A stretch of DNA of 32,000 nucleotides from positions 2,220,001 to 2,252,000 of the forward strand of contig NZ_LN831039.1 in assembly GCF_001457595.1 (NCBI RefSeq), given 5' to 3'. Positions 9,275 through 19,199 of the stretch are shown piece after piece (the stretch's first letter is position 1; every line of letters starts with the position of its first letter). The DNA is from Mycolicibacterium smegmatis. GTDB taxonomy: Bacteria > Actinomycetota > Actinomycetes > Mycobacteriales > Mycobacteriaceae. The notes beneath the pieces were generated by a model that had not been told where the DNA came from, made no database searches, and saw only the letters and a list, made by a program, of their open reading frames with translations. The translations under genes were made by a program, and so were the position numbers.

Positions 9275-10273
9275 CTAGAAGCCGCCGGCGACCTTCACGA
9301 CGGCCCGGCCGGCGTAGCGGCCGGCGCGTACCTCGTCGATCACACCGACCACGTCCTTGATGTCGACCTCGTGCGTCACGTCGTCGAGGTGGCGGGGCTT
9401 GAGGGGACCGCCGAGTTTCTCCCACAGCGCGCGACGCGGCCCGATCGGCATCTGCACCGAGTCGATGCCGAGCAGCGCCACCCCGCGCAGGATGAACGGC
9501 ATCACCGTCGTGTGGAGCGCCACGCCGCCCGTGAGTCCGCTCGCGGCCACCGCGCCGCCGTACTTGAGGGTGCTGAGCACGTCGGCGAGCGTGGCGCCGC
9601 CGACGCAGTCGACCGCCGCGGCCCACTGTGCACGTGCCAGCGGGCGGGGCTTGGCGTCCGGATCGGCGGGCAGCCTGCCGATCACCTCGGCCGCCCCGAG
9701 CGCGCGGAGTTCGTCGGCGCGGTCGGCCTTACCGGTCGAGGCCACGACGTGATAGCCCAGCGCGGAGAGCAGATCGACACCCACCGAGCCGACCCCACCG
9801 GTCGCGCCAGTGACCACGACGGGGCCGTCGTCGGGTGTGATGCCCCGGGCGGTGATGGCCTCCACGCTCATCGCCGCGGTGAACCCGGCGGTGCCGATCG
9901 CCGCGCCTTCGCGTGGCGTCAACGCGCCCAGCGCGACAATCTGATCCGCAGGCAGGCGCGCGTACTCGGCGTAGCCGCCGTGGTGGCCGGTGCCGATGTC
10001 GTAGCCGTGCGCGAGTACCAGATCACCCACCGCGAACTCGGGCGAATCTGACGCCACCACCTCACCGGTGAGGTCGATGCCCGGCACCACCGGATATTCG
10101 CGCACCACACCGCCTTTGGGGGTCAGCGCGAGCGCGTCCTTGAAGTTCACGCTGGAGTACAGCACGCGGATGGTGACCTCGCCCGGCGGCAGCGCCGAAG
10201 GCTCGAGGGTTTCCAAACCGGCCTCGACGCGGTCGCCGTCCGTCCGTGCCACCAATGCCTGAAACGATTCCAT
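9275..10273 (-). CDS. fadB4: Quinone oxidoreductase / zinc-independent MDR (YhdH/FadB4-like)
   Basis: Likely start ATG at 10273 (MESFQALVARTDGDRVEAGLETLEPSALPPGEVTIRVLYSSVNFKDALAL...); VTGATGGVGSVGVDLLSALGYHVVASTGK Rossmann motif. Gene order resembles Rv3141-Rv3140-Rv3139. Confidence 0.85.
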   Translation of the reverse strand: MESFQALVARTDGDRVEAGLETLEPSALPPGEVTIRVLYSSVNFKDALALTPKGGVVREYPVVPGIDLTGEVVASDSPEFAVGDLVLAHGYDIGTGHHGGYAEYARLPADQIVALGALTPREGAAIGTAGFTAAMSVEAITARGITPDDGPVVVTGATGGVGSVGVDLLSALGYHVVASTGKADRADELRALGAAEVIGRLPADPDAKPRPLARAQWAAAVDCVGGATLADVLSTLKYGGAVAASGLTGGVALHTTVMPFILRGVALLGIDSVQMPIGPRRALWEKLGGPLKPRHLDDVTHEVDIKDVVGVIDEVRAGRYAGRAVVKVAGGF

Positions 10274-10292
10274 GCCCCTCACCATATCCCTG

Positions 10293-10353
10293 GCGAGCAG
10301 ACGCAAAACTGCTCAAAATTGCACGGTTTCGTGCAGTTTTGCGTGTGCTCGGC
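10293..10353 (-). terminator. Putative terminator / complex hairpin between fadE23-like and fadB4-like genes
   Basis: GCGAGCAGACGCAAAACTGC ... GCAGTTTTGCGTGTGCTCGGC form a long near-perfect stem, with an alternative inner hairpin AAATTGCACG / CGTGCAGTTT. Confidence 0.5.
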
Positions 10354-10362
10354 GGGACGGGG

Positions 10363-11583
10363 CTACTTCAGTTCGGCGGAGGTCAGGCCCAGCAACCGCC
10401 GCGCCACGACGAGTTGCTGGATCTGCTGCGTGCCCTCGAAGATGTCGAGGATCTTGGAATCACGCGCCCACTTCTCCAACAGGGTCTGCTCGGAATAGCC
10501 TGTGGTGCCCGCCATTTCGACGGCCTTGAGCGTGATGTCGCTGGCCACCCGGGCGGCCTTGGCCTTGCCCATCGAGGCTTCCTTGGAGTTGGGGATGTTG
10601 TTGTCGGCCTGCCACGCCGAGCGGACCGTCAACAGGTAGCCGGCCTCCCAGTCGGCCTCCATGCGCAGGAACTCCGCGGCCGCGGCGCTCTGCGCGTGGG
10701 CGGGCTTGTCGTAGGAGATCTCCACCCCGGCGTCGGTGAGGATCGCGCGCAGGTCCTCTAGCGCCGCGCGGGCGATGCCGACGGCCATGGCCGCGACGAT
10801 GGGCCGGGTGTTGTCGAAGGTCTCCATGACCCCGGCGAAACCCTTCTCCACATGGATTTCCGGGTCGCCCAGCAGGTTGTCCTTGGGGATGCGGACGTTC
10901 TCGAAGCGGATCACCGCGGTGTCGGAGGCCTTGATGCCCAGCTTGCGCTCGAGACGTTCGACGGTGACGCCGGGATGCTCACGCGGCACGATGAACGACT
11001 TGATCGCCGCACGGCCCAGCGACTTGTCCAGCGTCGCCCACACCACGATGTGGGTGGCACGCGAACCCGCGGTGACGAAGATCTTCTCGCCGTTGATCAC
11101 GTACTCGTCGCCGTCGAGCACCGCGGTGGTCGACACCGCGGCCGAGTCGGAGCCGAATCCCGGTTCGGTGATGGCCATCGCGGCCCACACGTCCTTGCCC
11201 AGACGCTCCAGCTGTTCGGGCGTCGCGACCGAGGAGATGGCCGCGTTGCCCAGGCCCTGGCGCGGCACCGACAGCAGCAGCGCCACATCGCCCCAGCTGA
11301 TCTCCAGAGCGTTCAGCAACGCAGACATGTTGGCGCCGTTGACCGTCGCGTCCTTGCCGGAGCCGTTGGCGTCGTCGCGGAACGCCTCGGCGCCCGCGAA
11401 CGAGATGGTCTTGGCGCTCGAGATGCCCTCGAACAGGTTGGCCAGGGTGTCGAGCTCGACCGGGTAGGCGTGCTCGGCGAGGTCGTACTTGCGCGAGATG
11501 GGCCGCAGCATCTCCGCGGCGCCCTGATGGCCCTTCTCGACGACTGCCTGAAGCTTGCGGGGCAGTTCCAGATTGATTGCCAT
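10363..11583 (-). CDS. fadE23: Acyl-CoA dehydrogenase (FadE23-like)
   Basis: Start ATG 11583 (MAINLELPRKLQAVVEKGHQGAAEMLRPISRKYDL); AITEPGFGSDSAAVSTTA, KIFVTAGSRATHIVVWA, ILDIFEGTQQIQQLVVARRLLG. The ORF-track extension to 11874 is spurious. Confidence 0.9.
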   Translation of the reverse strand: MAINLELPRKLQAVVEKGHQGAAEMLRPISRKYDLAEHAYPVELDTLANLFEGISSAKTISFAGAEAFRDDANGSGKDATVNGANMSALLNALEISWGDVALLLSVPRQGLGNAAISSVATPEQLERLGKDVWAAMAITEPGFGSDSAAVSTTAVLDGDEYVINGEKIFVTAGSRATHIVVWATLDKSLGRAAIKSFIVPREHPGVTVERLERKLGIKASDTAVIRFENVRIPKDNLLGDPEIHVEKGFAGVMETFDNTRPIVAAMAVGIARAALEDLRAILTDAGVEISYDKPAHAQSAAAAEFLRMEADWEAGYLLTVRSAWQADNNIPNSKEASMGKAKAARVASDITLKAVEMAGTTGYSEQTLLEKWARDSKILDIFEGTQQIQQLVVARRLLGLTSAELK

Positions 11584-11618
11584 GATCAGTCTTTCGGTTG
11601 GTTCGAAACTCGGATCGG

Positions 11619-13016
11619 TTAGATGACCACGACACCTTCGGCGATGCCGATGGCCCGCAGATCGCGGTACCAGCGCTCGACCGGGTGCTCCTTGGTGTAG
11701 CCGTGGCCGCCGAGCAGCTGCACACCGTCCAGGCCGATCTGCATGCCCTTGTCGGCACCGAGCTTGCGCGCGAGGGCGGCCTCGCGGGCGAACGGCAGGC
11801 CCTGCTCGGCGCGCGCCGCGCCGCGCCACGTGATCAGCCGCAGACCGTCGAGTTCGATCGCGATGTTGGCGCACATGAACGCCACCGACTGCCGGTGCGC
11901 GATCGGCTCACCGAACGCGTGGCGTTCCTTGACGTAGGGGACGACGTAGTCGAGCACCGCGTGCGACGTGCCGACCGCCAGTGCGGCCCAGCCGAGCCGG
12001 GCCAGCGCGATCGCCTCCGAGTAGTCCTGATCGGTCGCGCCGTCCTCGCCCAGGCGGGCGCTGAGCGGAACCGTGACGTTGTCGAGTTCGATCTGACCCA
12101 GCGCGGCGGCCCGCAGGCCCATGCTGCGGTCGGCCTTGACGCTCAGGCCCTTCGACGACGCCTCGACGATGAACAGCGCCGGCTTGCCGTTGAATTGCGC
12201 GGCGACGATGAACAATTCGGCATCCGCGGCGGCCGGGACCAGCGACTTGACACCGGACAGACGGTAGCCGCTCGGCGTGCGGACCGCGGTGGTCTTGAGT
12301 TCGGTCGGGTCGAACAGGGCGTGTGGTTCGGCGATCACGACGCTGGACTGCGGGACGTTGTCGCCGGCGTACTCCTTGAGGTAGGTCGCCTGCTGATCTG
12401 CGCTGCCCCAGTGTGTCAGTGCGGATGCGACGCCGCCGGGCGCCAGGATGGGCAGGGCCAGGCCCATGTCGCCGTACGCCAGCGCCTCGGCGACCAGGGC
12501 ATTGGTCACCGTCGAGCGGTGCTCGGCGATGCCCTCGAAATCTTCGGGCACGTTGACCGCCGTGATGCCCAGTTCGGCAGCCTTGGCGATCAGATCCGGG
12601 GGATAGGTGGCGGCTTCGTCGGCCTCTTCGGCGGCGGGGCGCAGGATCTCGGCGGCGAACTCGTTGACCGTCTCGACGATCATCTTCTGGTCGTCGTCGG
12701 GGGTCAGGTCGAACAGGTCGGCGCCGCTGGCCTTGAGCCGGGTGGGCGCCTTGCCGATCCCCTGGATGCGCTTGAACTGCCGGGTGGTCGCACCCGCAGT
12801 CGAAAAGACCTGCTTCACACCGTATTTCAGACCCCGGTTGAGCGGGTCGCGCAGGCCGTAGCGGTCCAGCCATTCCTGCCCCACGATCGGGGTGATGAGC
12901 GCGAGGCCGATGTCGGTCGCGGTCCGCTTGTGCTTCTGCAGGCCCACGGCGCTTTCGTGGCCGGAGCGCTTCGGACGGGTTACAGAGCCGTTCTTGGACG
13001 GCAGGGTGTTGGTCAT
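11619..13016 (-). CDS. fadE24: Acyl-CoA dehydrogenase (FadE24-like)
   Basis: Start ATG 13016 (MTNTLPSKNGSVTRPKRSGHESAVGLQKHKRTATDIGLALITPIVGQEWLDRYGLR); QLLGGHGYTKEHPVERWYRDLRAIGIAEG C-terminus. Confidence 0.9.
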   Translation of the reverse strand: MTNTLPSKNGSVTRPKRSGHESAVGLQKHKRTATDIGLALITPIVGQEWLDRYGLRDPLNRGLKYGVKQVFSTAGATTRQFKRIQGIGKAPTRLKASGADLFDLTPDDDQKMIVETVNEFAAEILRPAAEEADEAATYPPDLIAKAAELGITAVNVPEDFEGIAEHRSTVTNALVAEALAYGDMGLALPILAPGGVASALTHWGSADQQATYLKEYAGDNVPQSSVVIAEPHALFDPTELKTTAVRTPSGYRLSGVKSLVPAAADAELFIVAAQFNGKPALFIVEASSKGLSVKADRSMGLRAAALGQIELDNVTVPLSARLGEDGATDQDYSEAIALARLGWAALAVGTSHAVLDYVVPYVKERHAFGEPIAHRQSVAFMCANIAIELDGLRLITWRGAARAEQGLPFAREAALARKLGADKGMQIGLDGVQLLGGHGYTKEHPVERWYRDLRAIGIAEGVVVI

Positions 13017-13052
13017 TGTCAGCTGCCTCTGGTTGGTCGTGGCGACGCTTCT

Positions 13053-13086
13053 GAACGCTATCTTACTCCAGAGTAAGATAGCGTTC
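13053..13086. promoter_or_regulatory. Perfect palindrome, putative repressor operator upstream of fadE24-fadE23
   Basis: GAACGCTATCTTACTC-CA-GAGTAAGATAGCGTTC: 16-bp arms with no mismatch, 37 bp upstream of the fadE24-like start codon. Confidence 0.75.
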
Positions 13087-13133
13087 ACCTGTAACCAACC
13101 TCACAGCCGTCCCGGATCTCGCCGGGCCCGCGC

Positions 13134-13916
13134 TCAGCGCACGGCCAGCCTGCTCACCACGGCGTCGTGCAGCAGTCCGTTGGTGGCCAGCGCGCTGCCG
13201 CCGTGCGGGCCGTCGGTGCCATCGATGCTGGTGAACGTGCCGCCGGCCTCGCGGATCAGGATGTCGAGCGGCGCGATGTCCCACAGCTTGACCTCGGGTT
13301 CGCACGCGATGTCGACGGAACCCTCGGCGACCATGCAGTAGGACCAGAAGTCGCCGTAGGCCCGCACTCGCCACACCGCGTCGGTCAGTTCCACGAAGCG
13401 CTCCCGGCGGTCGTCCCAGCCCGTGGTCAGGTCCGAGTAGGACAGGCTCGCCGCCGACAGGTCGCTGACACCCGACACCGACAGTTTGCGTGTCGTGCCG
13501 TTGAACGACCCGAATGCGCCCTGCCCCTCGGCGGCCCACCACCGGCGGGCCAGTGCCGGGGCGCTGACCACGCCGAGGGTGGGCACACCGTCATCCAGCA
13601 GCGCGATGAGCGTGCACCACACCGGCACGCCGCGCACGAAGTTCTTGGTGCCGTCGATCGGGTCGATGACCCACTGCCGGCCCGTCGAAGCCGTTGTGCC
13701 GCCGAACTCCTCACCGAACACGGTGTCGGCGGGCCGGGCCTGCGCCAGTGCCGCGCGCAGCGTTTCCTCCGCGCCGCGGTCGGCGTCGGTGACCGGGGTG
13801 AGGTCGGGTTTGGTCTCCACGCGCAGATCCAGCGCGCCGAACCGGTCCATGGTGAGGGCGTCGGCCTGATCGGCCAGTTCGAGTGCGAGTGTGAGGTCAT
13901 CTGCGACGGTGCTCAT
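13134..13916 (-). CDS. hisN: Inositol-monophosphatase family phosphatase (Rv3137/HisN-like)
   Basis: 260 aa; [58 protein letters not shown] and [17 protein letters not shown] metal/phosphate motifs. The HisN name is from remembered similarity to Rv3137. Confidence 0.82.
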   Translation of the reverse strand: MSTVADDLTLALELADQADALTMDRFGALDLRVETKPDLTPVTDADRGAEETLRAALAQARPADTVFGEEFGGTTASTGRQWVIDPIDGTKNFVRGVPVWCTLIALLDDGVPTLGVVSAPALARRWWAAEGQGAFGSFNGTTRKLSVSGVSDLSAASLSYSDLTTGWDDRRERFVELTDAVWRVRAYGDFWSYCMVAEGSVDIACEPEVKLWDIAPLDILIREAGGTFTSIDGTDGPHGGSALATNGLLHDAVVSRLAVR

Positions 13917-13939
13917 GGCTGCAGTCCTACCATGGCGGG

Positions 13940-14320
13940 GTGTGGGAATTCGGCATCCTGTTGCTGCTGGTGGGCGCGTTGGTCCTGTTGCTGGCTCCGC
14001 GGATCATGCGCCGCCGCGGCATACGCGGTGAACTCGCGCACGGCACCCTGCTGGTGACCGGCGTGAGTCCACGGCCGGACGCCACGGGGGAGCAGTTCGT
14101 CACCATCACCGGCGTCATCAGCGGCCCGACGGTGCGAGAGCATGTCGTGTATCAGCGGATGGCCGTCGACGTGAACGACTGGCCGAGCATGGGCGCGCTG
14201 TTCCCGGTGGTGTATTCGCCGAACAACCCGGACAAGTGGGCGTTCGCACCGACCGACACGCCGCCACCGTCCTCGCCTCCGCCCCCGCCGCCGCGGCCGT
14301 ACGAACCGCCGCCGGTCTAG
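13940..14320 (+). CDS. Small membrane-anchored protein with a Pro-rich C-terminus
   Basis: GTG start; [27 protein letters not shown]... TM helix, then a soluble segment ending [19 protein letters not shown]. Confidence 0.7.
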   Translation: MWEFGILLLLVGALVLLLAPRIMRRRGIRGELAHGTLLVTGVSPRPDATGEQFVTITGVISGPTVREHVVYQRMAVDVNDWPSMGALFPVVYSPNNPDKWAFAPTDTPPPSSPPPPPPRPYEPPPV

Positions 14321-14342
14321 AGTCCGCCGAGCGCGCGGGAAT

Positions 14343-15710
14343 TCAGCCGTGGCCCACGCGCAGCAGTTCAGCCACGCTCGCCAGCTTCACCCGGGGTCGG
14401 CCGGTCGGTTCGCCCGCGGCGCGCTCGTAGTCGTCGATCAGCTTCCAGTGATCGCCCGTGACCACCTTGGGCTGACGTTCCAGCAACCACGCCGCGAGCT
14501 TCTCGGCGTGGTCGGGCCCGCGCTGGGGCAGCCGGGCCGCGGCGAGGTCGTCGAGCAGGGTGTTGACGGTGTCCTGTGAGTCCTTCTTGTTGCTGCCGAT
14601 GACGCCGGACGGTCCGCGCTTGATCCAGCCCACCACGTACTCGTTGGCGCTGCCCTCGACGCGGCCGTCGGTGTGCGGGATGGTGCCCGAACGCTCGTCG
14701 AACGGCAGGCCTGGAGTCGGCACGCCGCGGTATCCGACCGCACGCACCACCAGCTGTGCCGGCAGTTCTTCGCGCTCACCGGTGTCCTTGGCCACCATCC
14801 TGCCGTCGGCGCCGCGCACGAGTTCGTTGCGTCCCAACACGATCGATTCCACGCGGTCCTCGCCGCGCAGCTCGATCGGTGAGGTGAAGAACCGGAACAC
14901 GATGCGCCGCTTGGCGCCTCGCGGTTCCCGCTCGGCGTAACCGCGCAGCACCTTGATGTTCTGCTTGACGGTCTTGCCCGCGGCTTCGAGATCCTCGTCG
15001 GTGATGTCGGCGAAATCGGCCGGATCCAGGATCACGTCGACGTCGCCGAGGCCCTCCATGTCGCCGAGTTCACGCAACTCCAGCGTGGTGAACGTCGCCT
15101 GCAGCGGACCACGCCGGCCGAGCACCACGACCTCGTCCACACCGCGCGCGTCCAGCTTGTCCAGCGCATGGTCGGCAATGTCGGTGTTGGCCAACGCCTT
15201 CGGATCGCTGACCAGGATGCGTGCGACATCGAGTGCGACGTTGCCGTTGCCGACCACCACGGCGCGCCCGCCGGAGAGATCGGGCGCCATCTCGCGGAAA
15301 TGCGGATGCGCGTTGTACCAACCCACGAAGTCGACGGCCGCGACGCTGCCCGGCAGCTCCTCGCCGGGGATGTTCAGCGCGCGGTCGGACTGTGCGCCGG
15401 TGGCGTAGACGACGGCGTCGTAGCGTTCGGCGAGTTCGCCCGGTTGGACGTGCTCACCGACCCGGACGTTGCCGAAGAACCGGAAGCGGGGGTCGGCCGC
15501 GGTCTTCTCGAACTGGGCGCTGATCGACTTGATCTTCGGATGGTCGGGAGCGACGCCGGAGCGCACCAGACCCCACGGGGTCGGCAGCATCTCGAGCATG
15601 TCCACGCGGACATCGCGGTCGGGTTGAGAGTCGGCAAACTTCAGCAGCGATGCGGCAGCAAAGAATCCGGAGGGTCCTGAGCCGACGATCGCTACGTGGT
15701 ACGGGCGCAT
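14343..15710 (-). CDS. fprA: NADPH-ferredoxin reductase FprA
   Basis: Start ATG 15710 (MRPYHVAIVGSGPSGFFAAASLLKF...); VDMLEMLPTPWGLVRSGVAPDHPKIK, VVVGNGNVALDVARIL, VVGWIKRGPSGVIGSNKKDS. Confidence 0.95.
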   Translation of the reverse strand: MRPYHVAIVGSGPSGFFAAASLLKFADSQPDRDVRVDMLEMLPTPWGLVRSGVAPDHPKIKSISAQFEKTAADPRFRFFGNVRVGEHVQPGELAERYDAVVYATGAQSDRALNIPGEELPGSVAAVDFVGWYNAHPHFREMAPDLSGGRAVVVGNGNVALDVARILVSDPKALANTDIADHALDKLDARGVDEVVVLGRRGPLQATFTTLELRELGDMEGLGDVDVILDPADFADITDEDLEAAGKTVKQNIKVLRGYAEREPRGAKRRIVFRFFTSPIELRGEDRVESIVLGRNELVRGADGRMVAKDTGEREELPAQLVVRAVGYRGVPTPGLPFDERSGTIPHTDGRVEGSANEYVVGWIKRGPSGVIGSNKKDSQDTVNTLLDDLAAARLPQRGPDHAEKLAAWLLERQPKVVTGDHWKLIDDYERAAGEPTGRPRVKLASVAELLRVGHG

Positions 15711-15881
15711 ACGGTGCCTAACTGAGCTCGACAACAAGCCTTCTGTCACTCGTCCCGCCACGTGCAAAGGGCTGTCGCGACGTGGGAGGACGGGGTACAC
15801 CCGATGCTAAACGCGGATTCGCAACCCTGCGGGAGGTCGCGAGAAACGTCTCTCAACTGCAGCCAGGTAACCTGAACTTCC

Positions 15882-16988
15882 GTGGATCCTGACCGTCAAG
15901 CAGACATCGCCGCACTCGACACCACTCTGACGACCGTGGAGCGGGTGCTCGACGTGGACGGGCTCCGTAACCGCATCGAACAACTCGAGAAGGACGCCTC
16001 CGACCCCAACCTGTGGGACGACCAGACGCGGGCCCAGAAGGTCACCAGCGATCTGTCCCACGCGCAGAACGAACTGCGCCGTGTCGAGGGCCTGCGCCAG
16101 CGGTTGGACGACCTGCCGGTGCTCTACGAGCTGGCCGCCGAAGCAGGCGGCCCCGACGAGGTCGCCGAGGCCGACGCCGAGCTCGCCAAGCTGCGCGAGG
16201 ACATCGAGGCGATGGAGGTCCGCACGCTGCTGTCGGGTGAGTACGACGAGCGCGAGGCCGTCGTCACGATCCGGTCGGGCGCCGGTGGCGTCGACGCCGC
16301 GGACTGGGCCGAGATGCTGATGCGCATGTACATCCGCTGGGCCGAGAAGCACGACTACCCCGTGGAGATCTTCGACACCTCCTACGCCGAAGAGGCGGGC
16401 ATCAAGAGCGCGACCTTCGCGGTGCACGCGCCGTTCGCCTACGGCACGCTCTCGGTCGAGCAAGGCACCCACCGCCTGGTGCGCATCAGCCCGTTCGACA
16501 ACCAGAGCCGGCGCCAGACGTCGTTCGCCGACGTCGAGGTGCTGCCGGTCGTGGAGACCACCGACCACATCGACATCCCCGAGAACGACCTCCGCGTCGA
16601 TGTCTACCGCTCGTCGGGTCCCGGCGGACAGTCGGTCAACACCACCGATTCCGCGGTCCGGCTGACCCATATCCCCACCGGTATCGTGGTGACCTGCCAG
16701 AACGAGAAGTCGCAGCTGCAGAACAAGGTGTCGGCGATGCGGGTTCTCCAGGCGAAGTTGCTGGAACGCAAGCGGTTGGAGGAACGCGCAGAGCTCGACG
16801 CGCTGAAGGGCGACGGCGGCAGTTCCTGGGGTAATCAGATGCGCTCCTACGTCCTGCACCCGTACCAGATGGTGAAGGATCTGCGCACCGAATACGAGGT
16901 CGGAAACCCAGCATCGGTACTCGACGGAGACATCGACGGATTCCTGGAGGCAGGAATCAGATGGCGCAACAGAAAAGATGACGATTAG
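15882..16988 (+). CDS. prfB: Peptide chain release factor 2
   Basis: 368 aa, GTG start; contains [38 protein letters not shown] (GGQ motif). A continuous frame without an in-frame UGA frameshift site. Confidence 0.97.
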   Translation: MDPDRQADIAALDTTLTTVERVLDVDGLRNRIEQLEKDASDPNLWDDQTRAQKVTSDLSHAQNELRRVEGLRQRLDDLPVLYELAAEAGGPDEVAEADAELAKLREDIEAMEVRTLLSGEYDEREAVVTIRSGAGGVDAADWAEMLMRMYIRWAEKHDYPVEIFDTSYAEEAGIKSATFAVHAPFAYGTLSVEQGTHRLVRISPFDNQSRRQTSFADVEVLPVVETTDHIDIPENDLRVDVYRSSGPGGQSVNTTDSAVRLTHIPTGIVVTCQNEKSQLQNKVSAMRVLQAKLLERKRLEERAELDALKGDGGSSWGNQMRSYVLHPYQMVKDLRTEYEVGNPASVLDGDIDGFLEAGIRWRNRKDDD

Positions 16989-17958
16989 CAGCTCGGCGGC
17001 AACCGTTCTCGCCTTCTCGGTGGCCGACCGCTGGCACGACTTCTGGCACGGCGAAATAGGCGTGTGGATCCTGACAAAGGGTCTGCGGATTGCGCTGCTG
17101 CTCATCGGCGGCTTGCTCGCGGCCCGCTTCATCAGCTGGGCCGCGCAGCGCGTGGTGCGCCGCATCGATGCCGAGTACCAGGAGAGCGACCAGCTGGTGC
17201 GCTCGGAGAGCGCCAAGCACCGTCAGGCCGTCGCGTCGGTGATCTCCTGGGTGTCGGTCGCGTTGTTGTTCGTCATCGTGCTGGTCGAGGTGACCGACGT
17301 TCTCGCCGTACCCGTCGCGTCGCTGGTCGCACCGGCCGCCGTGCTCGGTGCGGCGCTCGGTTTCGGTGCACAACGCATCGTGCAGGACCTGCTGGCGGGT
17401 TTCTTCATCATCACCGAGAAGCAGTACGGGTTCGGTGACCTCGTGCGGCTCACGATCGGTGCGAGCAACGAGGCCGAGGGCACCGTCGAAGACGTCACGC
17501 TGCGCGTCACCAAGCTGCGCTCGACCGAAGGGGAGATGTACACGGTCCCCAACGGGCAGATCGTCAAGTCGCTGAACCTGTCGAAGGACTGGGCACGCGC
17601 GGTCGTCGACATCCCGGTGTCGGTGAGCGTCGACCTCAACGTCGTCAACGACGTCCTCAACGAGGTCGCCGAACGCGCCACCGAGGACGCCGAGCTGTCC
17701 AAGCTCGTGCTCGACAAACCTCAGCTGATGGGTGTCGAGAGCATCGGCGTGGACACCGTGAACCTCCGCATGGTCGCGCGCACCCTGCCCGGAAAACAGT
17801 TCGAGGTAGGACGTCGGCTGCGCGTGCGCGTGGTCCGCGCGCTGCGCCGGGCAGGCGTCGTGACGTCGTCTGACGCATCGGTCGCCGCGGCGGGCGACAT
17901 CATCCATCCCGCCGCGGCCGCTGAGGTGCAGATCGCACCGCAGGAGCCGAAGAAGTGA
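16978..17958 (+). CDS. MscS-family small-conductance mechanosensitive ion channel
   Basis: 326 aa; multiple TMs and [75 protein letters not shown]. The start overlaps the end of prfB by 11 bp. Confidence 0.93.
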   Translation: MTISSSAATVLAFSVADRWHDFWHGEIGVWILTKGLRIALLLIGGLLAARFISWAAQRVVRRIDAEYQESDQLVRSESAKHRQAVASVISWVSVALLFVIVLVEVTDVLAVPVASLVAPAAVLGAALGFGAQRIVQDLLAGFFIITEKQYGFGDLVRLTIGASNEAEGTVEDVTLRVTKLRSTEGEMYTVPNGQIVKSLNLSKDWARAVVDIPVSVSVDLNVVNDVLNEVAERATEDAELSKLVLDKPQLMGVESIGVDTVNLRMVARTLPGKQFEVGRRLRVRVVRALRRAGVVTSSDASVAAAGDIIHPAAAAEVQIAPQEPKK

Positions 17959-18464
17959 ATCTCGATCTGAGCCGCGTGACGGATGCCGCCACCCGGGTCT
18001 GGCGTAGCCGCGTCGGGAGATTGCGCACGTCCACGGTGGTGCTGATCGTGGCGTTCTTCGCGCTGTGGTGGCTGCAGCAGACCTACCAGCCCGAGCCCGC
18101 GCGAACCGAGACCCCGCAGGTGGTGCCGCCCGGATTCGTGCCCGACCCTGACTACACCTGGGTTCCGCGCACCAAAGTCGAGACGCCGCGCACCACGCGG
18201 ACCACCACTCCCACCACGACGACCACCACGCCGCCGCCGACATCGGAGACACCGACCACGACCCCGACGGGCCCGCTCGGTCCCGGTGACACGACGAGCC
18301 CCACCAGCCCGACGAGCACATCGCCCGGTCCGGCGACGACGGTCGTGGACCCGGATGGGCCGGGGATCCTGCCGCCGATCACGTTGCCCGTGCTGCCCGG
18401 CGCGGCGCCCGCCCCGGCGCCGACACCGACGCCTGAGCCGACGCCGCCTGCGCCGCCGCAGTAG
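17955..18464 (+). CDS. Thr/Pro-rich single-pass membrane protein
   Basis: 169 aa; TM segment TSTVVLIVAFFALWWLQQTYQP, then extended PT-rich low complexity (TTRTTTPTTTTTTPPPTSETPTTTPTGP). Located between mscS and ftsE. Confidence 0.8.
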   Translation: MNLDLSRVTDAATRVWRSRVGRLRTSTVVLIVAFFALWWLQQTYQPEPARTETPQVVPPGFVPDPDYTWVPRTKVETPRTTRTTTPTTTTTTPPPTSETPTTTPTGPLGPGDTTSPTSPTSTSPGPATTVVDPDGPGILPPITLPVLPGAAPAPAPTPTPEPTPPAPPQ

Positions 18465-18509
18465 CGCGGCTCGGCTCGACCGCTCGCACCGCTACACTGG
18501 CGTGCCGTG

Positions 18510-19199
18510 ATGATCACCCTCGACCACGTGACGAAGCAGTACAAGTCTTCGGCGCGCCCAGCCCTCGACGATGTCTCGTTGAAGATCGACAAGGGTGAGT
18601 TCGTCTTCCTCATCGGCCCGTCCGGGTCGGGCAAGTCGACGTTCATGCGGCTGTTGCTGGGGGCCGAGACGCCGACCTCTGGCGACGTGCAGGTGTCGAA
18701 GTTTCACGTCAACAAGCTGCCCGGCCGTCACATCCCGAGCCTGCGCCAGGTGATCGGCTGTGTGTTCCAGGATTTCCGTCTGCTGCAGCAGAAGACGGTG
18801 TTCGAGAACGTGGCGTTCGCTCTGGAGGTGATCGGCAAGCGCGCCGACACCATCAACCGGGTGGTGCCCGACGTGCTGGAGATGGTGGGACTTTCCGGCA
18901 AGGCGAACCGCCTGCCCAGTGAACTCTCCGGTGGTGAGCAGCAGCGGGTGGCCATCGCCCGCGCGTTCGTCAACCGGCCGCTGGTGCTGATCGCCGACGA
19001 GCCCACCGGCAACCTGGACCCGGAGACCAGCAAGGACATCATGGATCTCCTCGAGCGGATCAACCGCACCGGGACCACCGTGGTCATGGCCACCCACGAC
19101 CATCACATCGTCGACTCCATGCGTCAGCGGGTCGTCGAACTCGAACTCGGCCGGCTGATCCGTGATGAGCAGCGCGGCGTCTACGGAATGGATCGCTAG
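18510..19199 (+). CDS. ftsE: Cell division ATP-binding protein FtsE
   Basis: [51 protein letters not shown] (Walker A), [36 protein letters not shown]; directly upstream of ftsX. The ORF also allows a GTG start at 18507. Confidence 0.97.
   Translation: MITLDHVTKQYKSSARPALDDVSLKIDKGEFVFLIGPSGSGKSTFMRLLLGAETPTSGDVQVSKFHVNKLPGRHIPSLRQVIGCVFQDFRLLQQKTVFENVAFALEVIGKRADTINRVVPDVLEMVGLSGKANRLPSELSGGEQQRVAIARAFVNRPLVLIADEPTGNLDPETSKDIMDLLERINRTGTTVVMATHDHHIVDSMRQRVVELELGRLIRDEQRGVYGMDR

Noticed and set aside
11584-11874. N-terminal extension of the 503-aa ORF at 10363-11874
   Set aside because: The extension overlaps fadE24-like in another frame and is R/P-rich. The homologous protein begins at MAINLELPRK (11583).
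11598-13076. 492-aa plus-strand ORF
   Set aside because: Antisense to fadE24-like with composition typical of a shadow frame. The minus strand has clear acyl-CoA dehydrogenase motifs.
18160-18450. Tandem-looking ACC/ACG/CCG repeats, considered as a DNA repeat element
   Set aside because: The pattern is codon-level Thr/Pro low complexity inside a coding sequence, not a mobile or CRISPR-like repeat.
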